From the NCBI GenBank assembly GCA_963752475.1, contig CAVVYR010000006.1, positions 448,001 to 512,000 on the forward strand: 64,000 nucleotides of DNA, given 5' to 3'. Under the pieces are notes generated by a model, which saw only the letters and a program-made list of their open reading frames with translations, was not told the origin of the DNA and searched no databases. This document shows positions 51,847 through 62,256 of the stretch, piece after piece (positions within the stretch are counted from its first letter, which is position 1; every line of letters begins with the position of its first letter). This stretch comes from an uncultured Chloroflexia bacterium. GTDB taxonomy: Bacteria > Chloroflexota > Limnocylindria > Limnocylindrales > CSP1-4. Position numbers and translations under genes: made by a program.

Positions 51847-52464
51847 ATGAGGCAGGAACGAAGCGCCAAGCGCCGCGAGCGCATCCTCGATGCGGCCTTC
51901 TCCGTCTTCAGCCAGCGCGGCTACCGACAGGCAGGCGTGGACGAGGTGGGGCGCCAGGCAGAGACCAGCAAAGGTGGCGTCTACTTCCACTTCCCCACCA
52001 AGGAAGCGTTGTTCCTCGAGCTGCTGCGTACCACCGCCGACCGGCTCACGGGCAAGGTCGAGCGGACCATCGCGCCGTACGACGACCCCATCGAGCGAGC
52101 GGACGTGGCACTCCAGACGGTACTCGGCGTCTTCGCCGGCCACCGCACGATGGCCAGGCTGTTCCTCATCGACGCGGTCGGTGCCGGTTCCGAGTTCCAG
52201 GCGGAGCTGCAGCGGCTCCACGAACGCTTCTCCGGCATCATCTCGCGTCAGTTGGACGCCGCGGTCGAGGCCGGCACCATCGAGTCCCTCGACACCGAGA
52301 TCGCGGGCATGGCCTGGTTCGGGGCGCTCAACGAGGTGGTCATGCGCTGGCTCATGGCCGACGACCCCGGGCGGCTGGAGGACACGTACCCCACGCTGCG
52401 GGGCATCCTCCTGCGCAGCGTCGGCATCCCCGAGGCGGGCATCGCGGCAACCGCCGAGGCATGA
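51847..52464 (+). CDS. TetR/AcrR family regulator, first gene of the men operon
   Basis: ILDAA..F..RGY, SKGGVYFHFPTKEAL; ATGA overlap with menF. Confidence 0.93.
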   Translation: MRQERSAKRRERILDAAFSVFSQRGYRQAGVDEVGRQAETSKGGVYFHFPTKEALFLELLRTTADRLTGKVERTIAPYDDPIERADVALQTVLGVFAGHRTMARLFLIDAVGAGSEFQAELQRLHERFSGIISRQLDAAVEAGTIESLDTEIAGMAWFGALNEVVMRWLMADDPGRLEDTYPTLRGILLRSVGIPEAGIAATAEA

Positions 52465-53873
52465 CCGTCGTGGAGCGGGCCGCCGCGCCCGACCTCGCGG
52501 CCGCGCTGACGCCGCTGATCGCTCGTGCGGCCGGCAGCGACCAGGCCACGCTGGTCTCGGCCACCGTGCCCGTGGCGCCAGTGGACCCGGTCGCCTTGCA
52601 CGGCATGGCCCAGCCATTGGGCGTGTCGCTGTGGATGCAGCCAGGAGCGGGCATCGCGCACGTCGGCGTCGGTGAAGCCTGGGCCGCTCGGCAGAGCCAT
52701 GAAGCCCGCTTCCAGGTCGTCTCGGTCGCCTGGCGGATGCTGCTCGAGAGCGCCGCCATCGACACCGGTGACGCTCCCCGGGGCGCCGGCCCTACGCTGC
52801 TGGGAGGGTTCGGCTTCGACGAGGATCCCGTCGAGTCGGAGGTCTGGAAGGGCTTCGAGGGGGGTTGTCTGACGCTGCCGGCTCTGCTGCTGTCCACGAC
52901 ATCGGAGGGTTCGTGGCTCACAGCTTCGATGGTCGTGGAGCCCGATGGCGTCCCGCCGGGCACGATGGTCCAGTCGCTGGACCAGACGTGGGCCTTCCTC
53001 TCCGAGGCGGCGGTGCAGCCCTCTGGGCTGGCACGACAGTCCCTGGCCGTCCGACGGCGAACCCCGGATGTCACGTCCTGGCAGAGCTCGGTGGCACGGC
53101 TGGCCGGGGCCGTCGGGCGTGGCCGGCTGGACAAGGCCGTGCTCTCGCGGTCGATCACGCTGGAGGCGGCCTCCGACATCGATGTCACCGGGGTCCTGCG
53201 TCGTCTCGAGGCCTCAGCGCCTGAGTCGACGGTCTTCGCCTTCTCACGCGGACCCCGCACGTTCGTCGGCGCTACGCCCGAACGGCTCGTCAGCCTGCAG
53301 GGTCGGGAGTTGCGCACGATGGCCATGGCCGGGTCAGCCCGCCGCGCGGACGATCCGGCAGAGGACGCGATGCTGGCCGAGCGACTCCTCGCCAGCGATA
53401 AGGAGCGCGAGGAGCATGCGGTCGTGGTCGACATGTTGCGGGAGGCGCTGGCGCCGGTGGCGCAGGGGCTGACCATCCCGCGGATACCGGAGGTCGTGCG
53501 CTTCCGTCACGTCCAGCACCTGGTCACGCCCGTGTCCGGCCGGCTCGTCGATGATGCCGATGTGCTCACGCTCGTCGAGCGCCTCCATCCCACACCCGCG
53601 GTCGGCGGTACGCCTCGCGATCTGGCGCTCGAGCTCATCGCCGAGGAAGAGCCCCACGAGCGTGGATGGTATGCCGGCCCGGTGGGCTGGATGGACCGCA
53701 ATGGCGATGGTGAGTTCGTCGTGGCCCTCCGCTCAGGCGTCATCGCGGGCGCCACGGCCACGCTCTTCGCCGGCTGCGGCATCGTCGCCGACTCCGATCC
53801 GGAGCGGGAATGGGACGAATCGAGCGCCAAGCTGCAGGCTCTCGGCTCCGCGCTCGGACGGTTCGAGCCATGA
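52461..53873 (+). CDS. menF: Isochorismate synthase
   Basis: KAVLSR, GATPERL, KEREEH, LHPTPAVGG, RGWYAG, AGCGIV. Confidence 0.93.
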   Translation: MTVVERAAAPDLAAALTPLIARAAGSDQATLVSATVPVAPVDPVALHGMAQPLGVSLWMQPGAGIAHVGVGEAWAARQSHEARFQVVSVAWRMLLESAAIDTGDAPRGAGPTLLGGFGFDEDPVESEVWKGFEGGCLTLPALLLSTTSEGSWLTASMVVEPDGVPPGTMVQSLDQTWAFLSEAAVQPSGLARQSLAVRRRTPDVTSWQSSVARLAGAVGRGRLDKAVLSRSITLEAASDIDVTGVLRRLEASAPESTVFAFSRGPRTFVGATPERLVSLQGRELRTMAMAGSARRADDPAEDAMLAERLLASDKEREEHAVVVDMLREALAPVAQGLTIPRIPEVVRFRHVQHLVTPVSGRLVDDADVLTLVERLHPTPAVGGTPRDLALELIAEEEPHERGWYAGPVGWMDRNGDGEFVVALRSGVIAGATATLFAGCGIVADSDPEREWDESSAKLQALGSALGRFEP

Positions 53874-55627
53874 CCGGCTACCGCACACCCGCGGCGCCCC
53901 TCCGTGCCATCGTCGAGACGCTCATCGCTGGCGGTGTGCGCGACGTCGTGATCTGCCCGGGCTCGCGCTCGACGCCCATGGCCCTGGCGCTCAAGGCTGC
54001 GCCGCAGCTGCGTTGCTGGGTGCACCTCGACGAGCGCGCCGGTGCCTTCTTCGCGCTGGGCGCGGCCAGAGGCGGACGTCGTCCGTCGGCGATCCTGGCC
54101 ACTTCCGGCACGGCCGTCGTCAACTTCGCACCGGCGGTGGCCGAGGCCCGCTACGGTCGCGTACCGCTGATCGTGCTGACGGCCGACCGACCGCCTGAGC
54201 TGCAGGGCATCGGCGCACCCCAGACCATCGACCAGATCGAGCTCTACGGCCGCCATGCCAAGTGGTTCGCCGAGTTGCCTGTGCCGGCTGACGACCCTGA
54301 CGCCGAGGCCGAGCTGCGCGGAACGGTCGCCCGCGGCCTCGATGTCGCGACCAGGGCCCCAGCGGGGCCGGTCCAGCTCAACCTGCCCTTCCGGGAGCCC
54401 TTGCTACCCGATGGATCGCTGGTCGCGGACGATGCCGCTACCGAGGCGGATCCACGGCCGCGGATCGAGGCCGCGGCCATCGACCCGGAGCTCATCGAGC
54501 GCCTGCTGCCGCGCGTCCATGCCGCGGCGCGCCCGCTCGTCGTCTGCGGCCCGCTCGACCGACCCGGCTTCGCGTCACCGGTCACCGAGCTCGCGGCGGC
54601 GTTGCGGGCGCCGATCGTGGCCGATGCGCTCGCCAACCTGCGCTGCGGGCCCCACGATCGCGAGGCCATCGTCGCGTACCACGACGCCCTGCTGCGCATC
54701 CCGGGCTTCAGCGAGCGTCAGGCCCCGGACCTCATCCTCCGCTTCGGCGGCACGCCGACATCGAAGGCCCTGAACCAGGCCCTCGAGCGATGGGACGCAC
54801 CGCAGCTCCTCGTCGACGACGGGGAGGGCTGGAACGTGCCCGCCGGCGAGGCCATCGAGCGTCTCGATGCCGAACCCGTGGCCTTCGTCGAGGCGCTGGC
54901 GGATGCCGCCCGGGGGGAGGGCTCGGGCGACCCGGCATTCCTGGACGCGTGGCTCGCGGCTGATGCGGTCGCGGCCACGGCACTAGCGCAGTTCCACGCC
55001 GCAGCTGCCGAACCGTTCGAGGGAGCTGTGGCTCCCGCGCTCGACGCCGCGCTACCGGATGACGCGCTCGTGCTCGTGGGCAACAGCATGCCGGTGCGGG
55101 ACCTCGACACCTTCCTGCCCGGATCGAAGCGGCCGCGCCGCCTCCTCGGCAACCGCGGTGCCAACGGCATCGACGGGCTCATCGCTTCCGCGCTCGGGCT
55201 GGCCGCCGGGCAACCCCACCCGGTCGTGCTCGTCCTCGGCGACCTCAGCTTCCTGCACGACCTGACCTCGCTCGTGGCCGCGCAGCGACTCGGGCTCGAG
55301 CTGCTGATCGTGCTCGTCGACAACGACGGTGGCGGCATCTTCTCGTTCCTGCCGCAGGGCTCGGCCGAGCGTCCAGACCTGGGCCTTCCGGAGCACTACG
55401 AGGAGCTCTTCGGCACACCGCACGGGCTCGACCTGCGACCGATCGCGACCGCCCTCGGTGCGACACATCGACGCGTGGGCGGCGGCGACCTCGCTCGGGG
55501 CATCGCAGCGTGCCTGGAGCGACCGGGCGTGACGGTGCTCGAGGTGAACACCGATCGGACACGCAACGTCGAGCTCCACGGCGAGGCCTTCGCGGCGGTC
55601 GAGCGTGCGCTGGAGGCCCACGTATGA
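53870..55627 (+). CDS. menD: SEPHCHC synthase
   Basis: PGSRSTP, DERAGAF, TSGTA, ADRPPE, NRGANGIDG, GDLSFLHD, NDGGGIF. Confidence 0.97.
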   Translation: MTGYRTPAAPLRAIVETLIAGGVRDVVICPGSRSTPMALALKAAPQLRCWVHLDERAGAFFALGAARGGRRPSAILATSGTAVVNFAPAVAEARYGRVPLIVLTADRPPELQGIGAPQTIDQIELYGRHAKWFAELPVPADDPDAEAELRGTVARGLDVATRAPAGPVQLNLPFREPLLPDGSLVADDAATEADPRPRIEAAAIDPELIERLLPRVHAAARPLVVCGPLDRPGFASPVTELAAALRAPIVADALANLRCGPHDREAIVAYHDALLRIPGFSERQAPDLILRFGGTPTSKALNQALERWDAPQLLVDDGEGWNVPAGEAIERLDAEPVAFVEALADAARGEGSGDPAFLDAWLAADAVAATALAQFHAAAAEPFEGAVAPALDAALPDDALVLVGNSMPVRDLDTFLPGSKRPRRLLGNRGANGIDGLIASALGLAAGQPHPVVLVLGDLSFLHDLTSLVAAQRLGLELLIVLVDNDGGGIFSFLPQGSAERPDLGLPEHYEELFGTPHGLDLRPIATALGATHRRVGGGDLARGIAACLERPGVTVLEVNTDRTRNVELHGEAFAAVERALEAHV

Positions 55628-56424
55628 GCCTCAACGTCCTCACCGAAGGCAGCGGTCAGCCGCTGCTCCTGCTCCACGGCTTCACTGGCACCGCACGCAT
55701 GTGGTCGTCGCAGATCGAGGCGTGGTCGGCCGACCACCGCGTCATCGCACCCGACCTGCTCGGTCACGGCCGCTCTGATGCCCCAGCCGAGCCTGTCCAC
55801 TACGCCCTCGAGCGTCAGGCCGCTTCACTGGCGGACCTGCTGGCCCTGCTCGAGGCGGAGCCGGCGACGGTGGTCGGCTACTCGATGGGTGCCCGACTCG
55901 CGCTCGTGCTGGCACTGGAGTACCCGCGGTCGGTGGCGCGGCTCGTGCTCGAGAGTCCCTCGGCCGGGATCGTCGATGACGCCGATCGAAACGCACGCCG
56001 AGTGGCGGACGAGCACCTCGCGCAGGAGATCGTGCGCGACGGCACCGATGCCTTCATCGCACGGTGGGAGGCGATGCCGATCTTCGCCAGCCACGTGGAT
56101 CTACCGGCCGACGTCGAGTCTCACCAACGCGCCGAGCGTCGCCGGCACACGCCGACCGGCCTGGCAGGCTCGCTGCGTGGAGCAGGGCAGGGGGCCATGG
56201 CGCCGATGCACGACCGGCTCCGGCACGTCACCTCGCCCACGCTCGTCGTCGCCGGCGTGCTCGACACGGCCGGCGCTGGTCGCGCGAAGGTCGTCGCCAC
56301 GGGCATCCCGCATGCCCGTCTCGAGATCATCGACCGTGCCGGCCACACGCCACACCTGGAGCGGCCCCAGACGTTCATCCGCGTCGTCGACGACTTCCTG
56401 ACCAGCAGCCCCGTCACAGCCTGA
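55624..56424 (+). CDS. menH: SHCHC synthase
   Basis: [18 protein letters not shown]...D, G.LD, AGH; position after menD. Confidence 0.9.
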   Translation: MSLNVLTEGSGQPLLLLHGFTGTARMWSSQIEAWSADHRVIAPDLLGHGRSDAPAEPVHYALERQAASLADLLALLEAEPATVVGYSMGARLALVLALEYPRSVARLVLESPSAGIVDDADRNARRVADEHLAQEIVRDGTDAFIARWEAMPIFASHVDLPADVESHQRAERRRHTPTGLAGSLRGAGQGAMAPMHDRLRHVTSPTLVVAGVLDTAGAGRAKVVATGIPHARLEIIDRAGHTPHLERPQTFIRVVDDFLTSSPVTA

Positions 56425-56432
56425 GGAGAGCC

Positions 56433-57254
56433 ATGCCCACCGACTGGATCAGCGCCCACGACTACGAAGACATCCGCTACGAGCACTCGGGCACCGGTAT
56501 CGCCAAGATCACCATCGACCGCCAGCATGTGCGCAACGCGTTCCGGCCGGAGACCGTGACCGAGCTCATCGACGCCTTTGGGCGCGCCCGCGACGACGCC
56601 GAGATCGGCGTGGTGCTGCTGACGGGCGCCGGCGACAAGGCGTTCTGCTCGGGTGGCGACATGAACGTCAAGACCGAGGCCGGCTATGCCGACCACGAAG
56701 GCGTGGCCCGGCTGAACGTGCTGGACCTCCAGCGCCAGATCCGATCGCTGCCCAAGGTCGTCATCGCTCTCGTCAACGGCTACGCGGTCGGCGGTGGGCA
56801 CGTGCTCCACGTGGTCTGCGACCTCTCGATCGCCTCGGACAACGCGGTCTTCGGCCAGACCGGACCCAAGGTCGGCAGCTTCGACGGCGGCTACGGTGCG
56901 ACCATGCTGGCCCGCATCGTGGGCCACAAGAAAGCCCGCGAGATCTGGTACCTGTGCCGCCAGTACACCGCTGCGGAAGCGCTGGACATGGGCCTCGTCA
57001 ACACCGTCGTGCCCCTCGAGCAGCTCGATGACGAGGGTGTGCAGTGGGCCGAGGAGATCCTCGACAAGAGCCCCACCGCCATCCGCATGCTCAAGCGCTC
57101 GTTCAACGCTGATGTCGACGGGCTCGCCGGCATCCAGGAGCTCGCCGGCGATGCCACGATGCTCTTCTATCAGACGCCGGAGGCCCACGAGGGCAGCCAG
57201 GCCTTCCTCGAGAAGCGCAAGCCGAACTACCGCAAGTACCCGCGGCGCCCGTGA
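56433..57254 (+). CDS. menB: 1,4-dihydroxy-2-naphthoyl-CoA synthase
   Basis: [31 protein letters not shown]. Confidence 0.97.
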   Translation: MPTDWISAHDYEDIRYEHSGTGIAKITIDRQHVRNAFRPETVTELIDAFGRARDDAEIGVVLLTGAGDKAFCSGGDMNVKTEAGYADHEGVARLNVLDLQRQIRSLPKVVIALVNGYAVGGGHVLHVVCDLSIASDNAVFGQTGPKVGSFDGGYGATMLARIVGHKKAREIWYLCRQYTAAEALDMGLVNTVVPLEQLDDEGVQWAEEILDKSPTAIRMLKRSFNADVDGLAGIQELAGDATMLFYQTPEAHEGSQAFLEKRKPNYRKYPRRP

Positions 57255-57261
57255 AGACCGC

Positions 57262-58194
57262 ATGACGAACCCCACCGCCGAGACCGGCGGAGCATCCGTT
57301 CCGGTGAGCCGCTCCCGGGCCTGGCTCGTGGCCATCCGTCCGGCCACGCTCCCTGCCGCGATCGGCCCGGTGCTGGTCGGCTTGGCCGTGGCCGTCAGCC
57401 TCGGCGTCTTCGCGCCGCTACCGGCGGCAGCGGCGCTGGCCGTGGCACTGCTGCTGCAGGTCGCCTCCAACGTCGCCAACGACCTCTCGGACTTCCGCTC
57501 CGGCGTGGACACCGAGGAGCGTCTGGGACCGCCACGAGCCGCCGCCTCGGGACTGCTCAGCGAACGTGAGCTGCTGGCCGGCCTGGCCGTGATCGTCGGC
57601 CTGGCCGGACTGGTCGGTCTGTACCTGGTATCGGTCGGCGGGCTGGTCATCCTCGTGCTCGGGGTCGCCGCGATCATCAGCGCCTTCGCCTACAGCGGCG
57701 GGCCATGGCCGTACGGCTACCACGGGCTGGGCGAGGTCTTCGTCTTCGTCTTCTTCGGACTCGTGGCGGTAGCCGGCACGACGTACCTGCAGACCTCGTC
57801 GTGGGAGCCGCTGGCCTTCGCCGCGGCCATCCCGGTCGGCTCGCTCATCACAGCCATCCTCGTGATCAACAACGTGCGCGATATCGACACCGACACGGTC
57901 ACAGGAAAGCGCACCCTGGCGGTCATCCTCGGCGAGCGCGCCGCGGTGGCCGAGTACGACCTGCTCATCGGCGTGGCCTATGCCATCCCCGTGGGGCTGC
58001 TGATCGCGGGCGACGTCACCTGGACCGTGCTGCTGCCGCTGGCCAGCCTGCCCCTGACGGTCGCCCTCTTCCGCGTCGTCCATGCCGGCGGCGACCCGCG
58101 GCGCCTCAACCCCGTGTTGCGCGAGACGGCGCGCCTCTCGCTCATCTACTGCGTGCTCTTCGCGGCGGGTCTCGCACTCGGGGGGCTCGTCTGA
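57262..58194 (+). CDS. menA: DHNA polyprenyltransferase
   Basis: RPATL, NVANDLSD..GVD, YSGGP, GLGE, NNVRDIDTD..GKRTL. Confidence 0.95.
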   Translation: MTNPTAETGGASVPVSRSRAWLVAIRPATLPAAIGPVLVGLAVAVSLGVFAPLPAAAALAVALLLQVASNVANDLSDFRSGVDTEERLGPPRAAASGLLSERELLAGLAVIVGLAGLVGLYLVSVGGLVILVLGVAAIISAFAYSGGPWPYGYHGLGEVFVFVFFGLVAVAGTTYLQTSSWEPLAFAAAIPVGSLITAILVINNVRDIDTDTVTGKRTLAVILGERAAVAEYDLLIGVAYAIPVGLLIAGDVTWTVLLPLASLPLTVALFRVVHAGGDPRRLNPVLRETARLSLIYCVLFAAGLALGGLV

Positions 58195-59288
58195 TGCGGA
58201 TCGTCCGCGTCGAGGTCGCGACCCTCGAGGTGCCCTTCCGTGAGCCCATCATCAGTGGCACGCAGCGCTGGGAGCACCACCGTGCGGGCATCCTCGTCCT
58301 GCGCACCGACGACGGCCGCAAGGGCCTCGCCGAGTTCCCCGCGCCGCGTCCACATGACCTCGGTGAGGACGTGTCGCCCAGGCTCATCGAGTTGCTCACG
58401 GGCATCGAGCTATCCGACCCGGTCACGGTCGAGGGCACGTTGCGAGACATCGACACCTGGCCCTTCGTCGGCCGAGCTGCGAGGTCGGCGGTCGAGTCCG
58501 CGCTGATCGACCTGCTGGCGCGCGTGAACCGGCAGTCCATCGCCGCCTACCTCGACAGCCAGGCCGCCCCGGATGTGCCGCTCAACGCGATGCTGGGCAT
58601 GGATCAGCCCGAAGAGACGGCGTCACAGGCGGCCGCCCTGGTCGAGGGTGGCTTCCGCTGCCTCAAGCTCAAGGCCGGAGAGGAGCCGGATGGGTCGCTC
58701 GAAGCCCGCGTCGCTGCCGTCCGCGAGGCGGTGGGGCCGGACGTGGCGCTGCGTCTCGACTTCAACGGCAGCCTCAGCGCCGACTGGGCCTCGGAGGTGT
58801 TGGCGAAGGTCGCGCCGTTCGACATCGAGTACGCCGAGCAGCCGATCCCGCCGGGTGCCGGTGCCGAAGCGCTGGCGCGGCTGCGCTGGACCGGTAGTGT
58901 GCCCATCGCGGCCGATGAGTCGGTCCGTGATCTCGGTTCGGCTCGCATCCTGCTCGATACCGGAGCCGTGGACGCGCTGATCGTGAAGCCGGCGCGCGTC
59001 GGTGGCCTGCGTCAGGCACACGCGATCGTCGAGCTGGCCGCGACCGCCGGGGTGCCGGTGACGGTCTCGACGCTGTTCGAGACCGGTGTGGGCCTGGCAG
59101 GAGCCTTGCATCTGGCTGCCACCGCGCCGGGCTCGCAGGCGCATGGCCTTGCCACCGCGGACCTGCTCGAGTCGGACCTGCTGAGTTCGCCACTCGCGAT
59201 CAGCCGAGGCCGGATGGCGGTTCCGGAGGGCACCGGTCTGGGTGTCGACCTCGACCCCGCATCACTCGAGCGGTATCGCATCCGGTGA
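58194..59288 (+). CDS. menC: o-succinylbenzoate synthase
   Basis: Enolase superfamily motifs KLK, RLDFN, EQP, ADES, VKP; operon context. Confidence 0.9.
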   Translation: MRIVRVEVATLEVPFREPIISGTQRWEHHRAGILVLRTDDGRKGLAEFPAPRPHDLGEDVSPRLIELLTGIELSDPVTVEGTLRDIDTWPFVGRAARSAVESALIDLLARVNRQSIAAYLDSQAAPDVPLNAMLGMDQPEETASQAAALVEGGFRCLKLKAGEEPDGSLEARVAAVREAVGPDVALRLDFNGSLSADWASEVLAKVAPFDIEYAEQPIPPGAGAEALARLRWTGSVPIAADESVRDLGSARILLDTGAVDALIVKPARVGGLRQAHAIVELAATAGVPVTVSTLFETGVGLAGALHLAATAPGSQAHGLATADLLESDLLSSPLAISRGRMAVPEGTGLGVDLDPASLERYRIR

Positions 59289-61504
59289 CGCTCGCTCCCG
59301 ATCCGCTGCTCGAGCGGATCCGTCAGGACCCCGATGCGCCGGCCGTGGCGGCTCGCGCCGCGACGTGGACCCGGGCCCAACTGCTGGATGCAGCCGACGA
59401 GCTGGCGTTGGCGCTGCACGCGGAGCGGCTCGGTGAGGGGCGTCGCATCGCCTGCCTGCTCGATGACGATGCCCCCGCGGTCGCGCTCATCCATGCCGCA
59501 CGTCGGCAGGGCGCGGTGCACATCCCACTGAACCGCCGGGCGAGCGTGCCTGAGCTGCGTGACCAGCTCGTGGTCTCCGCCGCCGACGGTCTGCTGTGCG
59601 ACAAGGCCAACGAGGGCAAGGCCCGCAAGGCTGCTCCCGAGGGCATGGCCACGCATCGCATCGAAGCCCTTCTGGCTGGGGTCCCGTGTGCCTTGCCGCC
59701 GACGCTGCGCGACAGGATCGACCTGGACGCTCCGGCCACGGTCGTCTTCACCTCGGGCACGACCGGGCGGCCGAAGGGCGCCGTCCTGACCCACGACAAC
59801 CACCGTGCCAGCGCCCACGCCTGGGCCGCCCTGCTGCGACCGCAGCCCGCTGACCGCTGGCTGCTCTGCGTGCCGCTCTTCCACGTGGCCGGCTTGGCGA
59901 TCGTCACGCGAGCCACTCGCTGGGGTGCCGCCCTCGATGTCCTCGACCGCTTCGATCCGACCATCGTGAGCGCGCGACTCGAGGATGGCGTGACGCATCT
60001 CTCGCTCGTGGCCGCGCAGCTGCTCGCGCTGCTCGACGAACGCGAGGACCGCCCGGTGCCGTCGTCGCTACGCGGGATCCTGCTCGGAGGTGGCCCCGTC
60101 CCGTCCGATCTGCTGACTCGTGCCCGTGCCGCCGGCTATCCCGTGTTGACGACCTACGGTCTGACCGAGACCGGCTCCGGTGTGGCCAGCGGTGGTGGCG
60201 ACCAAGCCACGCTCGACGACCCGACCGCCGGTCAGGCGCTGCCCGGAGTGGAACTGCGGATCGCCGACGATGGCGAGATCCTCGTGCGCGGCGAGATGGT
60301 CTTCAGCGGCTACCTCGGAGACGATGCAGCCACGGCGCGGGCGTTGCCCGGAGACGGCTGGCTCCACACCGGTGACTTCGGAAGCCTCGATGCGGACGGA
60401 CTGCTGCGCGTGAGCGCGAGGCGCCACGATCTCATCATCAGCGGCGGCGAGAACATCACCCCGGCTGAGATCGAAGCGGTGTTGGAGTCCCATCCGGGCA
60501 TCGGCGAGGCCGTGGTCATCGGCGTGCCGCACGAGCGCTGGGGCGCGGTACCACGGGCCTACGTCGTGCCGACCGGCAGCACCGGGCCGACAGACGACGC
60601 GCTGAAGGCCTACTGCCGCGACCGACTGGCGACCTACAAGGTGCCTGCGGACTTCGTGCGCGTGCGGGAGCTGCCGCGCAACGCCATGGGCAAGGTCGCG
60701 CGCGCGGAGCTGGGCGACGTCACCGGGACGGGCCGCTCGATGCCGTCCGTGCACCGCGACCGTCAAGGTGATGGTCCACCGCTGCTCCTGCTGCACTCGA
60801 CGCTGTCGTCCTCTCGGCAGCTGCGATCGCTGGCGACTCGGCTGGCCGAACACCACACCGTCGTCAGCATCGACCGGCTGGGCAGTGGTCGCTCCACCTT
60901 CGATGGCCCGGCGGTGCCGATCCCCGTCACGAAGCACATCGAGGACCTGGCTCAGGTCCTCGCCGCGGAACGGCTCGGGCCCGTCGCGGTGGTCGGCCAC
61001 AGCTTCGGTGGCTGCATCGCCATCGAGCTGGCCTCGCAGCGCCCGGAGCTGGTGAGTGCGGTCTTCGCCTACGAGCCGCCCTATGCGTCGGTGGCGTCGC
61101 CGGAGGTCCAGGCTGGCATGGCCGAGGTCGGCCGTCGAACGCTGGCAGCGCGAGACCAGAACGGACTCGGCGCCGCGGCGCTGACCTTCATGAAGGGCGT
61201 CTCTGGTGCCGATGCAGTGGCTGCCTTGAGCCCCGGGGCCCGTCGACGTGTGGAGCAGGCCGGGCAGGGAGCCGTCGCGGATGCCACCCTTGCGGGCATG
61301 GAACCCGACGCTCTCGAACGGATCGGCTGCCCTGTGCGTATCGCCACCGGCGCTGCCAGCGCGCCCTTCTACACCGAGATCGCCGAGGTGCTGGCCGCTC
61401 GCATCCCCGTGGCCGACCACGTCCGGCTCCCGGGTCTCGAGCACATGGCCCCCGTGCTGCGTCCGGACGCTGTCGCGGATGCCATCGAGGACTTCCTCAC
61501 ATGA
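59285..61504 (+). CDS. menE: OSB-CoA ligase fused to a C-terminal Ser alpha/beta-hydrolase domain
   Basis: FTSGTTGRPKG, YGLTET, LHTGD, NAMGK in residues 1-480; then GHSFGG, YEPP, LEHMAP in residues 486-739. Confidence 0.88.
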   Translation: MTLAPDPLLERIRQDPDAPAVAARAATWTRAQLLDAADELALALHAERLGEGRRIACLLDDDAPAVALIHAARRQGAVHIPLNRRASVPELRDQLVVSAADGLLCDKANEGKARKAAPEGMATHRIEALLAGVPCALPPTLRDRIDLDAPATVVFTSGTTGRPKGAVLTHDNHRASAHAWAALLRPQPADRWLLCVPLFHVAGLAIVTRATRWGAALDVLDRFDPTIVSARLEDGVTHLSLVAAQLLALLDEREDRPVPSSLRGILLGGGPVPSDLLTRARAAGYPVLTTYGLTETGSGVASGGGDQATLDDPTAGQALPGVELRIADDGEILVRGEMVFSGYLGDDAATARALPGDGWLHTGDFGSLDADGLLRVSARRHDLIISGGENITPAEIEAVLESHPGIGEAVVIGVPHERWGAVPRAYVVPTGSTGPTDDALKAYCRDRLATYKVPADFVRVRELPRNAMGKVARAELGDVTGTGRSMPSVHRDRQGDGPPLLLLHSTLSSSRQLRSLATRLAEHHTVVSIDRLGSGRSTFDGPAVPIPVTKHIEDLAQVLAAERLGPVAVVGHSFGGCIAIELASQRPELVSAVFAYEPPYASVASPEVQAGMAEVGRRTLAARDQNGLGAAALTFMKGVSGADAVAALSPGARRRVEQAGQGAVADATLAGMEPDALERIGCPVRIATGAASAPFYTEIAEVLAARIPVADHVRLPGLEHMAPVLRPDAVADAIEDFLT

Positions 61505-62223
61505 GCCGGGGCAACAGCGCGCCGCCACAGAAGGTGGAGGAGATGTTCGACCGTATCTCCGGCGTCTATGACGGCATGAACCTGGCCATCAGCGGCTTCC
61601 AGGAGCCGCGCTGGCGCAAGCGCATCATCCAAGCCAGCGGCGTCGGTCCTGGTGACGCTGCGCTCGACGTGGCCTGCGGCACCGGCAAGGTCACGACGGA
61701 CCTCTTCAGGGCGGCACAGCCCGGCGGCACCGCCTTGGGCATCGACTTCAGCGCAGGCATGATCGAGGTCGCCAACGAGCACCGGCCCGTCGAGCTCGAA
61801 GGGCTCAGCTTCGAGCAGGGCGATGCGCTCGAGTTGCCCGTCGAGGACGATACGTTCGACGCGGCCACCATCGCCTACGGCATGCGCAACCTCGCCGACT
61901 ACCGCGGGGGCTTCGTCGAGATGGCGCGCGCGGTGCGGCCCGGCGGCAAGGTCGTGTGTTTCGAGATCCACACGCCCACGAGCGCCTTCGGGCGGCTGGT
62001 GGCGCTGTGGTTCGACCACGTCGTGCCCATCATCGGCAGGCTGGTGGGCCAGGGGGACGCCTACGGCTATCTCGCCAACTCGGTGAAGGACTACCCCGCG
62101 CCGGAGCGCATCGCAGAGATCATGCGCGACGCGGGCCTCGAGAGCGTCGACTGGCAGGGTTTCATGGGCGGGATCGTCGCGCTCCACGTTGGCACCGTCC
62201 CGGCGCCGAGCGACGACCCCTAG
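61501..62223 (+). CDS. menG: Demethylmenaquinone methyltransferase (UbiE/MenG)
   Basis: MFDRI..YD.MN, LDVACGTG, AYGMRN, Y.YL..S. Confidence 0.93.
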   Translation: MSRGNSAPPQKVEEMFDRISGVYDGMNLAISGFQEPRWRKRIIQASGVGPGDAALDVACGTGKVTTDLFRAAQPGGTALGIDFSAGMIEVANEHRPVELEGLSFEQGDALELPVEDDTFDAATIAYGMRNLADYRGGFVEMARAVRPGGKVVCFEIHTPTSAFGRLVALWFDHVVPIIGRLVGQGDAYGYLANSVKDYPAPERIAEIMRDAGLESVDWQGFMGGIVALHVGTVPAPSDDP

Positions 62224-62256
62224 CGGACCCAGCGCCCCGCAGCGTGGGTCGTAGAT

